Shown here piece after piece: positions 62,805 through 64,000 of a stretch of 64,000 nt of DNA. This DNA is from Candidatus Eiseniibacteriota bacterium (GTDB taxonomy: Bacteria; Eisenbacteria; RBG-16-71-46), in NCBI GenBank assembly GCA_044222065.1, contig JBGAOA010000005.1, positions 22,971 to 86,970 of the forward strand, read 5' to 3'. Position 1 is the first letter of the stretch. Each line of letters begins with the position of its first letter. A program made the translations under genes and the position numbers. The notes under the pieces were generated by a model, which was not told the DNA's origin, did not search any database, and saw only the letters and a list, made by a program, of their open reading frames with translations.

Positions 62805-62855
62805 CTCGAAGCAAGGCCGCGTCGTGATGCGAGGCCGCGAAAGGAGGTGAACCTC

Positions 62856-63086
62856 GTGAGTCGATTCAATCGTCTCGCCCGCTCGGCCGTGCTTCCGCTC
62901 GCGCTCCTGCTGCTGCTCCCCGGCGGAGCGTTCGCGGCCGAAGCCGGGCCGCCGGTCGTGGACAGCTGGACGCGCGCGCTCGGTTACGCGGGCTGCGCGG
63001 TCGCGATCATCGGCGCCGCTTCGACCGTCATCGGAATGATCGGCGCGGGCATCGTGTGCGCCAAGGTGCTCATCGCCGAACTCTGA
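62856..63086 (+). CDS. Small secreted hydrophobic two-Cys peptide A (76 aa)
   Basis: SD AAGGAGG 8 nt before GTG; signal peptide ending AFA; mature part ...YAGC-X20-CAKVLIAEL. Confidence 0.75.
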   Translation: MSRFNRLARSAVLPLALLLLLPGGAFAAEAGPPVVDSWTRALGYAGCAVAIIGAASTVIGMIGAGIVCAKVLIAEL

Positions 63087-63112
63087 TCACTTGCCCCCGC
63101 GAGGGCTTCAAC

Positions 63113-63382
63113 ATGCATCGAATCCGGAAGTGCGCGGCCGCGCTGTTCCTCGTTCTCGCCGTCGCGAGCATCGTCGCGATGGCGCCCCCCGCGGAAGCCC
63201 GCGCCGTCGTCGGCGGCGCGGCGAGCGTCGCGCAGCCGACGAGCGTCGTCGGCGCGCTCGCGGCCGCGGGCTGCGGGCTCGGCATCCGAAACGCGCCGTG
63301 GGTCATCGGGGTCGGCGGGGTCGGCATGACCGCGGCCGTGATCGGCCTGTGCGTGCTCGCGCTCATGGACGCGGTGGACTGA
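63113..63382 (+). CDS. Small secreted hydrophobic two-Cys peptide B (89 aa)
   Basis: Signal peptide ending AEA; mature part ...AAGC-X25-CVLALMDAVD. Confidence 0.7.
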   Translation: MHRIRKCAAALFLVLAVASIVAMAPPAEARAVVGGAASVAQPTSVVGALAAAGCGLGIRNAPWVIGVGGVGMTAAVIGLCVLALMDAVD

Positions 63383-63441
63383 CCGCCGCGACGGCCGCGT
63401 TCCACCGCCCCCCGCGAAACGCCCCCGCCGTGAGGTGATCC

Positions 63442-63537
63442 GTGAACCCGTTCGGGCCGTGGTTCCCCGTGTTCGGGGGCTGGTGCTGGCTGCCGCCCGG
63501 CTGGCTCTTCCCGAGCGACGAGCCGAAGTTCCCGTAG
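63442..63537 (+). CDS. 31-aa Trp/Pro/Phe-rich peptide MNPFGPWFPVFGGWCWLPPGWLFPSDEPKFP
   Basis: SD GAGGTG at 63432-63437, GTG start, TAG stop, almost all third positions G/C; below the ORF-track cut-off. Confidence 0.55.
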   Translation: MNPFGPWFPVFGGWCWLPPGWLFPSDEPKFP

Positions 63538-63630
63538 CGAACCGCCGGGGCGGTCGCGCGCGTGGCCGTGCCGCGCGCGCCGCCCCCCGCGCAACGAGGG
63601 TCCGGAGCGCGCGTGCCGTATGCTGCGCGC

Positions 63631-64000
63631 GTGACTCCGCACACCGTATCGCAGGCGCTCGCGCGCTCGATTGCGCGTCTCGCCGCGTTCGACAGCGCGG
63701 CGAGCGACGCCGAGGAGCTGCTGAGCCGCGCGCTCGGCTGCACGCGCGGCGGACTGCGTCTGCGCGCCGCCGAGCCGCTTTCGCCCGCGGCCGAAGCGAC
63801 GCTCGAGCGCTGGCTCGAACGACGGCTCGCGCTCGAGCCCGTGCAGTACGTCACGGGCCGCGCGGCGTTCCGCCATCTCGACCTCGCCGTGACGCCCGCC
63901 GTGCTCATTCCGCGCCCCGAAACGGAACTGCTCGCCGAAGCGGTGATCGACGAACTGCGCGCGCACGCCGCGGATGGGGCCGCGCCTCGCGTGCTCGACC
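63631..64000 (+). CDS. prmC: Release factor glutamine methyltransferase, N-terminal part (runs off the window)
   Basis: DAEELL...RR...EPVQYVTG.A.F...VLIPRPETELL...RVLD. Confidence 0.93.
   Translation, partial: MTPHTVSQALARSIARLAAFDSAASDAEELLSRALGCTRGGLRLRAAEPLSPAAEATLERWLERRLALEPVQYVTGRAAFRHLDLAVTPAVLIPRPETELLAEAVIDELRAHAADGAAPRVLD

Overview
High-GC bacterial chromosomal window with no phage, IS or CRISPR signal. FlgD-Ig-type C-terminal domains, a PorV/PorQ-like barrel and several sigma54 activators suggest a diderm FCB-related lineage such as Ca. Eisenbacteria (inference). The housekeeping backbone is a cytochrome c oxidase operon end, tRNA-fMet, ftsB, eno, rlmN, ppx, lpxH, degP, amiC, lpdA, rho and rpmE-DUF1385-prfA...prmC. 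Five regulatory or accessory modules stand out. (1) A small secreted GEPD-motif protein gene, a 1028-aa TPR-GAF-sigma54 activator, and an IHF-like site plus sigma54 promoter driving about 330 nt of highly structured non-coding sequence (18.0-22.1 kb). (2) An ECF sigma / zinc anti-sigma / TPR-CHAT caspase-like protease / S8 subtilase locus, with a GTATCA-N16-CACCTCT promoter-like motif present twice (37.4-44.2 kb). (3) A kinase-lipoprotein-sigma54 regulator operon facing a candidate sigma54-dependent sRNA (44.4-48.3 kb). (4) A cluster of small secreted two-Cys hydrophobic peptides, a 31-aa Trp/Pro/Phe peptide, a CxxC protein and a membrane protein, inserted between prfA and prmC (61.6-63.6 kb). 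(5) A SigW-like operon whose promoter motif recurs upstream of two envelope genes. Two genes look broken (a BamA-like barrel and a Nudix hydrolase), and several genes appear leaderless. All calls were made by eye from motifs; no database searches were run.
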